Shown: one piece after another, positions 23,661-37,400 of the stretch
Position numbering within the stretch: the first letter of the stretch is position 1
Layout of the letters: each line of letters begins with the position of its first letter
From: Branchiostoma floridae
Taxonomy: Eukaryota
Direction: 5' to 3'
Length of the DNA stretch: 64,000 nt
Assembly: GCF_015852565.1 (NCBI RefSeq)
Contig: NC_136205.1
Coordinates: 3,130,707 to 3,194,706 of the forward strand
Translations under genes and position numbers: made by a program
Notes under the pieces: model-generated
What the model was told of the DNA's origin: nothing
Seen by the model: only the letters and a program-made list of their open reading frames with translations
Database searches by the model: none

Positions 23661-24862
23661 CTAGAAATGGGTTCGTTATGGTCAAGGTGTAGATTAAATC
23701 TACACGGTAAAGTTTTAAACATTCACAACCATAATTTTACCCTAACGGTAAGTTTGTAGGGACGGTAATAGTCAAGGAAAGTCAAGTTGACTAACGTCCG
23801 TGGAATATTCATGGAGGTAAAACTTCTGAACATGCTATGGTCCCGATTTTTGGGTGTCAGATAGCTCTTGTACTCCGAAAGAAGTGACATACTAGTAAGT
23901 TTGGGCCCCCTAGCGGCTAGTCTTGGGATAGCAGTGGCATTTTTTTATATATTTGCTTTCGGGCAGACGAGGACATTGTGGCACAGAATCTCAAGTTGCA
24001 AAGTACAGACAGAAGGCAAAGGTAGGATCGAAGTCAGGTACCAATTTCTACACAAGCCGCCCCCGGGAAACCCAGCTGCCGACACACGACCTTGAGTAGG
24101 AGCGAGGGAAAATGGGTTCGTCATGGTCAAGGTGTAGATTAAGTCTACTGAGTAAAGTTTTAAACATTCAGAACCATAATTCTATGGTACCGGTAACTTT
24201 GCGGGGACTGATAAATTTACTGTAGACGGTCACATTTCGAAACCGGGTCCCGGGCAGACAGCTTTAGGGAACGAACAGTATAACCAATGAGCTTTTATCA
24301 TGACAAAGGCTTGGTATAATGTAAAAGTCAAATAAACACATAGAATATCAAAACAAATAGTCATTAGCGTAATTCGTGTATATATCTTGATAAACACTTA
24401 TCATCATTGCTTAAACGTTGTGAATGCTTGTTACGCATGCAGTCCAGGCAGTTAAAGTCAAATCTACGGTAGCCTGCAGGGACAAAGTAAGATTAATCTA
24501 CACGAGACCTACGGGAGACGTGCGGAAAAGGGTTCGTCATGGTCAAAGTGTAGACTAAACGTAGGCCTGCAGGGGCATTCACGGATAAATGTACGATAGG
24601 TCTACAGGGACTGTCACTGAAGAGTAGCCTAGAGTCAGAAGTAAAGCTTGCCCTTACATTTCACGTGTGTTGACCATTCTTCCAAATCTACGATAAGCTG
24701 TTGAGGACACTAGCGGATAAATGTACGATAGGTCTACAGAGACAGTCAAAGAGTAGCCTAGAGTCAAGTAAAGTTTGCCCCTACATTTCACTTGTGTCTT
24801 TTCTTCAAATCTAAGGCAAGCTGTTGAGGACACCTGCCCGTGAACTTTGAACTTTGACCTAC

Positions 24863-24990
24863 CTCTGCGTCCTTGATTCCCCACCGATCGTCGCAGACCG
24901 TCCCCCACTGCCGCCCCATGATGTCCTTGTCCCTGACCTCCAAACGACCTTCAAACGGGTTCCGTCCATCTACAAGTCTCAGCTCCAACA
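24863..24990 (-). CDS. Exon encoding the N-terminal half of an SRCR domain ([42 protein letters not shown]). Its start is phase 1 and its end is phase 0.
   Basis: The SRCR signature is present (RLVxG...GRLEV...WGTVCDD.W...DA). The acceptor is tttttctgctcag|TG and the donor is GAG|GTAGGT. Confidence 0.75.
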
Positions 24991-26907
24991 CTGAGCAGAA
25001 AAAGGTTTCAGAAAATCAGATTTAAGTTTAAGAAAGAAAGAAACTAACGGTGTCATTGAAATTAGATATTTAAAGTTTCTCCATCATTCATGCAAAACTT
25101 CTGTGAAAGCTTCTGTGAAATCTGTAACGGGAGGGGTCCGTTTTGCGATAACCGTTCTGAGGTGGATGCGCATGGCTTTTGTCATCGTATGTATTACAGT
25201 GAACTCATCCAAAACAAGTTTAGACCTTGTATACATCCATATAACTGTGATTGAAGATGTACAGATATATATTTCGTTCCGCACTGTAGTTTGACAGCGC
25301 ACGAAACTCACGACAGGTTTTGGCTTGCGGCCTAATAGAACGTTTGGAGAATGGACCTCTCCCGTTACCCCTTTTGTGGGACAAAACAGCAACTCGTCGT
25401 GACGTCACAGAAAAAGTACAATACTTAATCTAGCTAATGAGGGGTGCTTGTTGTGATCAGAGAGTACACAGCAGACAATGCAGCTGATTACAGAGCTATT
25501 TTCGGAAAAGATAATGTGTCTACGTGACTGACAGCAAACGTAAAATTTTACTGGCACTTTACTGCAATATCATTTGTCCATTTGACATATTTTTATGAGA
25601 CTAAAATAGCATAAGACCAAATAAATTATAATTCCAGAGGTTGATTTTTAATGAACTGTTCGAAAGACATCTTGCTCAACTAAAACTATAGCTTCTTTGC
25701 AACTAAGTAGGATAGGCTGTAGTTTAGTTACCCGCCTGTAGATGGCGCTTTTCCCTTGGGAAACCATTTTTGTCGATCTAAAATACTGTAGCAACACTCA
25801 CAATATCCTACACTGTCAATCGACCCACCAATCTTTCACTGGAGGGAAGTAACTCTCCATTACTTAATACAGACACAAGCTGTTGCCATGGCGACAAAGC
25901 CGGTAAATTGTGCGAATCGGACAACAACAACAAACAGTGGTAGGCCATGTTTTGTCAACAAACGTTGTCATGATAGGGTTAACATGAAGACAGGCCGGGT
26001 CCACTTCGCTTCGGTACTTGAGCCGACTAAGTTGTCCTTTCTTTACGTCACATCAACCGTACCTAAGCTGGATTTCTATAGCCTCCATCAGGCCTTCCTA
26101 CAAGGGTGCGGGGATCGTAGAATTCGGGGGAAAATTGGGAAATTGGCCAGGGGAGTCAGTCCACGCGTAGGTTCATGTTTCCCCTCCGGCTGCACGGCCG
26201 GCCAACTCCTCTGGTAGCAAAACTTTCCTGGAAATTACTCTCCCTATAATAGTCAGTCTTCGTGCTTAGCATAAAGAAAACAGTACAGTACAGAATAGAA
26301 TGCCCGATAAAACCCCATCAAACACGTCAAAAGCAGCCAATGCCAACTCTGCTTGGATTGGATAGGTCGGTGCTTGGTTGGGAGTAGCCTAGAATCCAAT
26401 GATACTAGCTCCCGTTTACTCCTATGATCGCATTAAATGGTGACTTTCCTTAATGTTTTTTTTTTCTTTCTATTCTTCAAAATGAATAATTGGCTGGCGT
26501 CAACGACCAACTTCCAACCGCACGTGACTGTTATAGTTGGCGCACGACTAATTCCCAACCATGGTCTAGAGAAGGACGGGAGGCCAAGATCGGCTAAGTG
26601 TGACAGGGGTTTGCTTAAATCACATGCTAGGCAAGTGACTAACCCATTCATAGGCGTCTTTTTGTCTGCGCTGACATGGTTTGATATATAGACTATGTGT
26701 TACTGTCAGAGATCGTGTCAAGTAACAGGACAACAATGTAGTCTGGTCACCGAGCTATGAGCCCGTGACTTCCAGACAGTCTGCAATGCTGGTGACTTCC
26801 TAGAAATACGTTTAAACACACAGGGTATGATAACATGTAGGTCTATAAAGTGATTTTATAAGCAGCTATAAGTAGTGCGTTTTCATCCAACAACACCTGG
26901 TCACCTA

Positions 26908-27372
26908 GCTAGCCTGGGTACCACCCGGATAGTAGTTCGCTAAAGCTAAGGGCACAACCCGCCGTACGTGCAATTTGTCCGTACGTTTTTTGGGAGGCCA
27001 CGTCCGCCACGTATTTCTGAAAACGTTCAGGCTGTACAGGACAGGCGCGTCGTCCGTACTGGCACGTACGGGGGCTAATACGCAGCCCGATGGCACACAA
27101 AGTTTTGCCTGCACGTAACGTTCTACGGCGTGTCTGCGTGCTCCAAAATCAGTCGGATTCCCTAAGAGTTTGTACGGAGGCGGTACTTACCACTTACGGA
27201 TCCCCAAAGATTGCCCACGTTTTGGCACGTAGACAGCACGTATTTGCACATACGGCGGGTTGTGCCCTTAGCTTAAGACGTTTATTATATACTATATACA
27301 GTCGCTTCTCTGCTTAGTAAAAGCGAACACAGGAGCGAATTACTACCCGGATGGTACCCAGGCTACGGGTCA
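26908..27372. mobile_element. MITE (family 5) with TIRs of about 65 bp (ctagcctgggtaccacccggatagtagttcgctaaagctaagggcacaacccgccgtacgtgc). A short related hairpin lies at 39810-39885.
   Basis: The inverted repeat is directly visible. Spurious ORFs on both strands lie inside it. Confidence 0.7.
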
Positions 27373-28059
27373 CTCCTATTTTCGTCGATATTCTGGATAA
27401 TTGTTTTCGTGGGTTATTTTCATACAGAAGAATTGATACCTGAAGCTCCCATGATAGCCTAAGAAGGGACCACCAGTTCTACGTCCATATCCAAAAGGAC
27501 ATATGCAACCCTAACCATGTTGTACCAACCGGGACTTGGACCTCCGCCCTTTAAAATCCTAAAAATTCTTTGAAACTCACGGTATATCTTACCTCTGTGC
27601 CTGAAGTCTGGCAGAGGAAGCAAGGAGTAACAAATACAAATGAGTTAGTAAGTTAGTTGGTTAGTATCATATAAGGGTAGATACACACAGATAGAACACT
27701 TTCAAGTCAATAAAGGACTGTTAATATAGCTTTGGTTCGTTCAATTGTTATTCAGTACAATTCATTCACTCCCAAGTGCCCATTCAGTCTTTTGTCATGC
27801 ATTTTAGTCAGTCAGTCATCATATAGTCATCCACCCATTCATCCATAATTACATTGCACTATCTCGCTCCCGTCCCCACTTTGAACTAGAAATGACTCTC
27901 GCTATTTTTCTCCCCCCTCTCAGTTTCTCAACTCTCAAGGCGTATTTGATAGCCCAGATTCTAGCTTTCTGTCTCCATCCCCTTCTCTCTCATTCCCTCT
28001 ATCCCTCACACGCAAAACTCTCACAGCGACCAACAACAACACGTATTAGATAGATCAGA

Positions 28060-28350
28060 TCTAGATTCTCGCTCTCTGTCTCCCCTAGCCCTCTCTCTCA
28101 TTCTCTCTATCTCTCTCCCCCTCCCTCTCTGTCCCTCTCTGAACTCTCACGGCGTATTTGATAGACCAAATTATAGCTTTAAATTTCTTTTACCCTTGCA
28201 TCTCTCTCTCACTCCATCTATCTCTACTTCACTCTCAAACTATCTTAGCTTCCACCAACAACCATACGTATTTTGCTACATCAGATTCTAGCTTTCTCTC
28301 TCTCTCTCTCCCCTCCCTCCCTCTCTCCCTCTCTCACTCCTGAAACTCTC
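28060..28350. repeat. CT-rich low-complexity region, (CT)n / (TCTC) with interspersed motifs.
   Basis: Direct sequence. Similar (CT)n blocks occur at 29641-29770 and 34321-34480, and (GA)n blocks at 39275-39375 and 39477-39512. Confidence 0.9.
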
Positions 28351-28599
28351 CCAGCGACCAACAACACCACGTATTTGATAGACCAGATGGTCCAGGAGTC
28401 CCGACAGCCGATGACAAAGGCACGAAGTGGGGGGCGACCTGAGGTGACCCAGGAAACGACCGAAATGTCAGCTTGTTGTTGCGGTGTCACGGACAATAAT
28501 GGCGACGTCGTTAGTGATTTATATCGTTAGTAGAGGGGCGAGGGAACGGCCATATGTGGAGGGGAGACGACAAGGTGACAACAGCGTATCAAGTGGAGC

Positions 28600-28850
28600 C
28601 TGAAGGTGGACTCTCACTGCACTTGGGGCAGCGGTGCGGCACTGCTGGGTTCCTTCACTGCGGCACTGTTTTGTTATTTTCGCAATTCTTATAATTTAGA
28701 TATTGCGTAATACAAAAAAAGTATGACTTAGAAGACAACAAAATACACTAAACGGAAGAAAATTAGTTCTTTATCTCTGAAATTTGTTGAGTCATCTACG
28801 AACACCGCAGTGACGCACCGGTGCCCCAATTGCAGTGAGAGTCTACGTAT
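28600..28850. mobile_element. MITE (family 4) with TIRs ctcactgcacttggggca/tgccccaa.tgcagtgag and an internal gatattgcgtaatac core. Other copies lie at 47450-47720 and 56940-57190, the latter in intron 2 of PLAC8-A. In this copy the element is flanked by 90-bp direct repeats (28510-28600 and 28858-28950).
   Basis: The TIRs and about 200 bp of internal sequence are shared among the three loci. Confidence 0.75.
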
Positions 28851-29649
28851 ATACCTTTAGTGATTTATATCGTTAGTAGGGGGCTATGGAACGGCCATAT
28901 GTGGACTAGAGACGGCAAGGTGACAATAGCGTATCAACTGGAGCATTAAGCTTTCTATTGCAATTGTTTGCAGTGCATGCATATGTGTCGATCTATGTTA
29001 GGAAACAGAATTATAAGATTTGTAGCAAGTCTTTGTCCCGGGGGCACGCAGTGTAAGTATGTATCAAGTTAAAAATGAAGAATGAAGGTATACCATATAC
29101 GTATTAAAGATATAGACTTTTGGACATGGTTTATCTGTGCTGATCATCTGATAATTGTAATATCATTTGTCATATCATTCGTCTACAGTCAGTCTAGTAC
29201 TACAGACCAAAATCTGGCTCGGTGTGAAATCAAAGTTAGAACCTGTCTAGTTAACAGCCCGTGTGACCCCATGTTTTAACTCTCTCGTGTTTTTCCTGTC
29301 GCTACCCTGGTCTTGTGGGGCTTACCCCCTCCAAGCTGCAACAACACCGGTAAAGCTTTTATTTTCCCTCGGCGTTTCGGACATGGGTTGATGACTTCCA
29401 AAAGTGTAGCCAGGTGGGGACAGTTCCTTTAAACATTAGGTGTGGGTTGTGTTAGGGATAGTTCCTTAAATGTTCTGTGTGGGTTATGTTAGGGATGGTT
29501 CTTTAATATACTCTAAAAAGAATGGATGAGAATGCAACCCGAAAGGTAGCTAATCAATAAATCAACCATGACAATTAATTAACTAATCATTGAAAAAAAT
29601 TGATCGTTTGTCTTGTTAACTAACATTGAATCAGGACTCTCTCCCCCTT

Positions 29650-29687
<38 letters not shown>

Positions 29688-29710
29688 TCTCTCATCTCTC
29701 TCTCCTCTTT

Positions 29711-29770
<60 letters not shown>

Positions 29771-32700
29771 AACTCCCTAAACACAATTTTGACTGTCGTT
29801 AGCATTGGAACCATTCACAAAACGACTAAATAAAGAATAAAAAACGAAGCTTAGAATTCTACCAAGTACATGTAGTACCAACAATCTAGGAAAATTAAAG
29901 GTAATAACTTTAACTACAGACATCTCTTTATCATTGTTGCCCAAGTCTCTTCCAAAACATATATGGATTGATTTACTTCTTGTATTAATAATGGTTTTTC
30001 TTTATCTTTATAACAGTCGCGACAAACAAATCTGATTAATGCGTCCTAAAATGAGATAAAAGTTCTAGGCCACACTTTAGATCAATATCAATGGAACGAC
30101 CCTGGCCGTTGTTCCCTTTGCACACGTGTGCGTTTTGGGCGACCGTCCAAAGCCAAGGCCGGGTTAGAAGGAGCAATTATTTGTACCGTGGCCCAAATCT
30201 GGAGAAGGTCGGGTGTTGGCAAACACACCGCGGCTATTTGGAACATGTTACCAAGGCCGAGACGAGAGGGAGGCACGGGAGAGAAACGTTTAAGGGGAAA
30301 GTGGAAAAGTAAAAATGATATCGAAGCAGTTTGGCTTTTCAAAGAATATATACAGGCGTTTTCATGAAAGAAAGGACTGAATCAAAGAAAGAAGGCAGGT
30401 AAAAAATGAAATAAAATGGATGATTGAATCCGGAAAGCTAGAGGAAAGAAATTTTCAAAGATAGGGAGAAATCTTTTTCTTGATTCTGGAGCGTGTATAG
30501 GACGGACATATGCTCACAGTGCTGGCACAGCTTGAAGAAACCATAGACTCGGCATGGGAGAGAAACGTTTAAGGGGAAAGAAGAAACTTGAAAGTGATTC
30601 CGAACCAGTTCAGCTAAGACTTAGGTCCCATTTCCGAAACAGGGCCTGGCCTGGAAGTTTGCGTAGTGTTTATCATCGAAAATATAGAAATTATGCTACT
30701 GACCATTTTTTTCGATTATTGTGTTTTGTTTCCTTTCTTATAATATTTTTCGTTTCCGAAAGCTACCCGGCCGGGTCCCGGGTTGGGAATTGGGACCTAT
30801 ACCGTACTAATGTGTTAATATTCAACTCAGGTCGGGATAAAATCTCTACCAGACTCCCACCTGACCGAATAGTAATAGGGGAATTTGGCCAAGTTAGGAA
30901 TAGTCTAGTCGGAGTTTATGATAGGCCTAGGAGTGACTCGAGGGCCCGGCTGGCAGTGATAGCTGAATAGACTGCAAAAGACTGACTGAGGTCTCATGGC
31001 AACTTATTTGCCAAATACAGTGGATTCCAATTATTCGTATTACGCCTTTTTGGATAATTCGGGTAATTGCATAGAATTGCGAAATCCCAAACCATTTGCC
31101 ATTCATTCTAATGTATAAGGCTTCGCAGAATTGGATAACCCCCGGTCTCAAACTTCGGGTTTTGGGATAGAATTACGTCAAATTATAGCGAATAAAATGG
31201 GAAAATATACGCTAAAACTTACAAAATGAGGCCAAAATCAACCAACATCTGTATGTATGAAGGCATTAAAGCATGAAAAGGACCGTAAGATAGGTAGATT
31301 CCACAGAAAATCTTTCCAATACCGCTGTGGTAGCATGCGAACATTGGTTAGGCGCCATTTTTTGTACTTCTTTTTTTTTTTCATCCAGCCGACACCTCTG
31401 CTTGGAGACTAGCGTGATAGAGAAGATAGAGGCTATGTGGATTAGGAAAAGTATGAAAAAGAAAGCTAATCAAATCATAGAAATATAGAGAAAGAAAACT
31501 GGAAAATAAACACAGAACTAAAGAAAAAGAGAGGGCAGGTAGAGAAAAGGAAAAAAATGCGAGGAAAAAGTGTCGAGGGATTTAAAGAATAGATAGAGGC
31601 GGTTTTGCGAAAGACAAGATAGAACTAAAGAAAGAAGAAGACAGATAAAAAGAAGAAAAATTGGTGACTGAATGAATAGGAAAAGAAAGACAAAAAAGAC
31701 AACAACAACAAGAAATATAGATAGATGAAATTCACAAAGAAAATGTTTTTCTCGATTTGGGAGCGAATGTAGGGTGAACATATGCTCACAGCGCTAGCAC
31801 AGCTTGAAGAAACCATACACTCTGTTTAGGAACAAAGGAGTCCATTCAATATTCATGTACATCTTGTCGAAAATAACTCATGCATTGGCTTGTGACGGAA
31901 ATATAAACTTTCCGGGTCCCGCCGGTGTCCGGTGTACGGATGGGATAGTCTCAAACATCCAGACGGTTCAGGACATTCTTAGACAGAAACAATTGTTTAG
32001 GCAGATTTAGGGACAGATTAGAGAGGAGATTAAGAGAAGATCATGCCCACTAATCCGTTTTTAATAAGACACCTGCATCGATTGGGATTTAGTCCCATTG
32101 TGTCTTAACATTTTTCAATCCCAAAGATGTAGGTAATGCTCATTGTAATGTTGCTGATGATCATACAAAAATAAGACAATGAATAGACTGTGAAAAGGGG
32201 TATAAAAATACGTTACACAATTTTTTTCTGTATTTTGTTCTCTCTTAAACTCATTCACATACGTATATCCTTGACGGTAAACCATGGCTACGTCTCTATA
32301 AATTGACAACGATATGTGACAAATAAAAGAGTTAAACCAAGAAAGAAGAAGCAAATGAAAGAAAACGATTAAGCCCAAGGCAATGTGTTTCTTTACTCCA
32401 ATCAACGGAATAAAGCCTATAGCTAGATGTCTTTTGTTTTCGTCACTTATTCCGAAGGTATAAGAAAATCTAAGACATCATGAAGAGATAAGCAAGTCTT
32501 CTTTTTATTTGTATGAATGGAATATTATAGAATCTTTCACGTGGACAGGGAGGTGTTGCTTTTGGTGAGTCAGTTTTTATTTTCGTGTTTAGGTACACAG
32601 GGGACAATGGCAGGAAGTTAGGTCAAAGGTCCCAGAATAGGTTATCCCATTTCCTGTCTTCAATTTCCTGCTATGTGCTTTTAATTATGCCTTATGAGAG

Positions 32701-34363
32701 CAAGGAGCTTTTACTCCTTGATGAGAGCAAATAGGAAAATGCAAAATCAGTGGAAAAATTCATTATAATGAATAAAAGAAGAAGTTCACACCAAAAAACA
32801 ATTTCCCGTTGGCTCGGGACCTTCGATTTCTCGTTAGTATCACGAAATGATTTGTGACCAATAAAAATGATAATTTTGTTATTCTCCTTGAATGTATCGA
32901 TCGGGACGACTCAAGGATGACTCATTTGTGTCAAGCGTCGCCAAATAACGATCATTTACGGCCCTACAAGTATCGACTGCTTTTTATGTAGTTTCAAAAT
33001 TCGAATCTTTATCTTGTTACCTCAGAAAAGAAGGTTATGTTTTGGTGATATTTGCTTGTGTGTTTGTGTGTGTGTGTGCATGTGGACAGCATAACTGGAG
33101 AAGTTGTGAATGGATACTTGAAATATTTGATAGACGAGTCTAAATTTCACTGTATGTGTCAAAGAAAAATAATGTCTTGGTGTTCATTTTTCTAAGTATA
33201 AAATATTTTACAAACGAACCAAAACATCTAGACATTTTGTACAATACCGTTCACCAAAATGTACATCCATGAAAGTTCACAGTGTCAACAAAATTAGACG
33301 TTTGTCTTTTACAAATATAAGATATAAACATAAGCCTTACGATGATTTTTATTATGAAAACATGTTTTAGGATTTGGAAACATTTTGATTGAATTAGTGT
33401 CTGCGACAGACAGATTTTACGACCTCGTCCATGGCCGTAAAACGTCAGATCGCGTGACGTCATGAGGGAATCCCCAGGGAGATGGCATCGGTTCAATGTC
33501 ACGCTAAAGTAAGAACGTCTGTTCGAACTGAAGTATCTGGGTCAAAAGGGAACGGTGTGTTGTGTACTTTCTTTTAAATATTTACTTTCGTGAAAATTAA
33601 AAATCAAACCGCATACTTTCACTTTCTGAGACACCGTTATGCATATGATGAGGCTTGTTCAGTATTCTCCAAGCAGAGGTTCGGCTCCGGTCATTTTTAA
33701 ATGCGTTTTTATCGATCGCGAGCTGTATACATTGTACCTTTTTCTTTGACCCGCACACGTGAAGAAACCGTTATAGAATATAAAGCCCGGCAGAAACGTA
33801 TAAAAACGTGTAAAAAATGCTGGAGCCGAACCTCTGCTAGGAGAGTACTTGTTCAGCACAATTTTGTTCTTAAAACTTGAGTACAAAATTATGAATAGGA
33901 ATAACCGAAACAAATCTAATACACCGATCTTATCATTATATCCAGGTTTGGTTTGTTTTTTTTGTTAGAGTAGAACTAAAACGCAGCAATACACCCATAA
34001 ACCCATCAGTATTCAAATTAACGGCCTCTCTTCCAACAACAAAGTAGAGAAACATTGCTGTTTCTCCACCCAACATCTGCTTAATTATAGATAACTCCTG
34101 TCCTTGGATGAGATATCACAGAAGAGTCAGTAGAGGAGTGACTGTTTTTTGTCACGTGTAATTGGTGGAACCGCCCGACCATGACCGGAGCGCACTTCGT
34201 GATCTATCCAAATGAGAAACAAATGGTGTTTTCCGTTTCAGTCAGAGTTTAGCCTTGAGGGTTGAAAAGATGTGCCAAAAATCAGTCCCAAGTGTCCTTT
34301 CACCCATATCTATTAAGGGCTATTCTCTCTCTCTTTTCTTCTTTCTCTCTCTCTCTCTCTCTC

Positions 34364-34407
<44 letters not shown>

Positions 34408-37400
34408 CTCCGCTCTCTTTTCTCTCTCTCTTTGTCTCTCCCTCTCTCTCTGTCTCTCTCTTTCTCTCTCATTAGTCGCACGGTCGTCGTGCGATAACTA
34501 ACTATGACTGAGAGCACTCGTGGGCTAGCCGTACGTGTGCCGTACAATATTCGGCTGTCTCGTAACCTAAAATGGTGTGTTAGATCTTTGTCGGCTATTA
34601 GTTCTGTCACAGCCTAGCTTGGAGATTTTACATCATCAAAATCGTACGACTTGTCTACGACGACGCATGTATAGAGAGCCGTTTGGCCGCAAATGGGGCA
34701 ATTACTGTCGTATTGAGGTCACCTGAGTTAGCGCCGAATGGCAAGCCACCACAGATCCTTGCGATTTAGAATCGCCTATATCAAAGCTCCTCACAATTCA
34801 GCCCTTGCAATTGGCTGTGAATAGAGCTTTCGGCCCACCCAATAACAATAGTAAAACTTGACGCACCTATTAGCCTTGGGAATTTAACTACCGTATCTAA
34901 CGAGGGGCTTCCTTACCTCTAATCGTAACCACTCTCATTCTACACCATTTATAGACTGCACAAGGAGCACATTACGGTTTAAGATTGACGTGTAACAACA
35001 TGTTAACTTTCTCTAGCCAGACTATTACTGCAATGAAAAACGGTCAACTGTCGCTTCTTTTAGCCTTGCAAATCTATTCTTTAACTACCGTATCAAATTA
35101 CAAGGAGCTCCCTTTACCTCTAATTGTAGCCACTCCCATTCTACACCGTTTATAGACTGCACAAGGAGCACATTACGGTTTAAGATTGACGCGTAACAAC
35201 ATGTTAACTCTCTCTAGCCAGACTAATACTGCAATGAAAAACGGCCACCTGTCGCTTCGCCCGCCGCTGTTTCTACGTTCGGCGCCCCCCTGAGTCTTAA
35301 AAATCAGTTACAACAATTTCCATCAAGTTCAAATCAAATTACAACCAACGGATAATCTTTCAGGTCGATTACTAACGATCTTAGGGCGCCAGTTTTGGCT
35401 GAGACCCTTTTGCTTTGTGACTTAGGGGGGATAAAAACATATTCAGTTTGTGTAAGACCAGGATTTGCTTGTGAGTGGGGTCAGATCAAGAGGATTTCAG
35501 ACGATAATGTAGGGAGCTATGGTAGCCATGGTAACGGTTGCCCTTGGTAACCATCCCTATCAATCAGTAGCGTTTAACTGATCAAATGGAACAAGACGGG
35601 TTTTTTTCCACTGGCAGAAGAAAACTGTCTATAAGACAGATACACCTTCTTTTCGTTAAATGATTAAAACACTACTACACCAAAAGCGTACTGGCCGAAA
35701 GTTATCAACCCTTAAACAAACAAATCAATGGAGTGTGTTTGACTGAAAGCGTAATTAAGTAGTTTTGAAGTACTCATTGTGTACATGTACTTCAAAAATA
35801 ACACAGCAAAAGCATATTTCGAAGAAACCCGAATCACTATAAAAACATATCATTTCACAAATAAAATGCTACTTTTACGCCGCGTAAAACTACACGCACA
35901 CAAACACACATACTCATACACACAAACATCTGTAATAGTTTGAAGCCCCTTGTTTTTCTTCTATCATCTGAACATATTTCACCGTGTAAGAATGACTTGT
36001 AGACCCCATCACTCATCACAGAACTCGCATTACCATGCGTTTTTACTTTAAGGGTCAGACCATCTGACCAAAATGCCTCTTTAAGCCCAAACAGACACCC
36101 TGTATATCATCGACACACACCTAGAAGCCTCTAGGATATAGGTATAACATATCTCAACTCCCGTGGGGAATTTCTAGCACGATCTGTTACCGATATTCAC
36201 TGTAGACTCGGCGGCCCAAAAGAGCTTTGCTACCGAAGCCTGTATAATCTCTTCACGGATGCTTAGAATTTCAAACATCTGTCAATCTACTAGGACGATT
36301 TTTCATACCATTCATACGTAGAAATGTGACAGTTTAGAACATCCTTACAACACAATTTTGAAGACTTATCAACATGGGTTGTGTCAGTCTTTTTTCTTTC
36401 TTTGAGAATGACACAATATACCAGGTGGTCATCGCACAAGGGGTACAGTATTCAGACTACCGGAAAGATTAGCTTTTCGACCCCGTTTGGAATTTCTCAC
36501 TGTGTTGTGGTCAAGTTCAAAGATGGATACCATGCTGCCCCTAACCTCGGAGCATCTCGGCCACCGGACGCTTAACAGACCGCCTAAAATACACGCGAAA
36601 AGTGCCTATGTAGACTACTGTAACCTACCAACTAGGGACCAAGACAAGGGTTAAACAATATAAAGTTTATAAAACGTACCTCCTTCGCATGTTTTCACTA
36701 GTAGGAGAGCGTAGAGGTACAAGCACAATGCCTGGTTCGCCATTTCAGGAAGCAATTCGTCACAGACGCTGAAAGAGAGCCGTTTTGCTTTTCTTCTGCG
36801 TAGCACTCAGCGGCCTTGTTGTTGTTCAATGGAGACCGTCGACGAAAGTGATTTCTCTTCTTCGGCTTGCCCCGTAGTGATCTCTTAGAGCATGTGGTTT
36901 GAATCAGCTTCTGTGGGCGATGCTCCAAAGACAAGAAGCTGATACGCTACTGTCCTTGATAACGAGTTTTCTGCACCTCAGTCAAAGATCTCGAGACAAG
37001 TGGTTGTGTGGGAATCGAACCAGTGTCCAGGCGGTGAAGAATCTCTCTTTCCACCGTAGGTGGCACCGTAATGACCGACTACTCTGTCACACGACTCCCC
37101 TTTATAAATGATTCGGGAGGAAATTTGAATCGGGGGTGTGCGGTCTTGCGTGGAACGACGGGATGACAACTCTCTTTACATCAGGAAGCTACGCGTGACT
37201 TATGGGGGCTTAGCTGAGGTAAAAGCCGCTATGGGGTCTCCTCTTCATCAGACAGCGTCGAGATCTTATCAGACGACACATGCATAATCTCTAGCCTGAT
37301 GACAACTCTCTCGAATCTCTGTGTTGTTTGTTGCTTGATATGCCGTTTACAGAAGATACGAGACAAAGAAAGCACTTAGAGATCGTTTTGCTGCCGTCAC

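Noticed and set aside
21949-23759. Plus-strand ORFs at 21949-22140, 22813-23067 and 23442-23759, and the minus-strand ORF at 22784-23077 in an alternative frame.
   Set aside because: They lie antisense to, or out of frame with, the CUB, WSC and SRCR exons, whose domain signatures and splice phases identify the true frame.
26905-27317. ORFs of 63-75 aa on both strands.
   Set aside because: They lie inside the TIRs of a MITE (26908-27372), so the symmetry produces mirrored ORFs.
30554-30970. Plus-strand 138-aa ORF.
   Set aside because: It spans duplicated repeat blocks (30277/30556 gggagagaaacgtttaaggggaaag, and the dispersed ccgggtcccgg element). It is low complexity with no domain signal.
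34255-34610. ORFs encoding SLSLSL and RERERE repeats. A similar case lies at 39247-39549, and there are others at 28158-28530.
   Set aside because: These are (CT)n/(GA)n microsatellite translations, open in all frames, with low complexity and no start or splice context.
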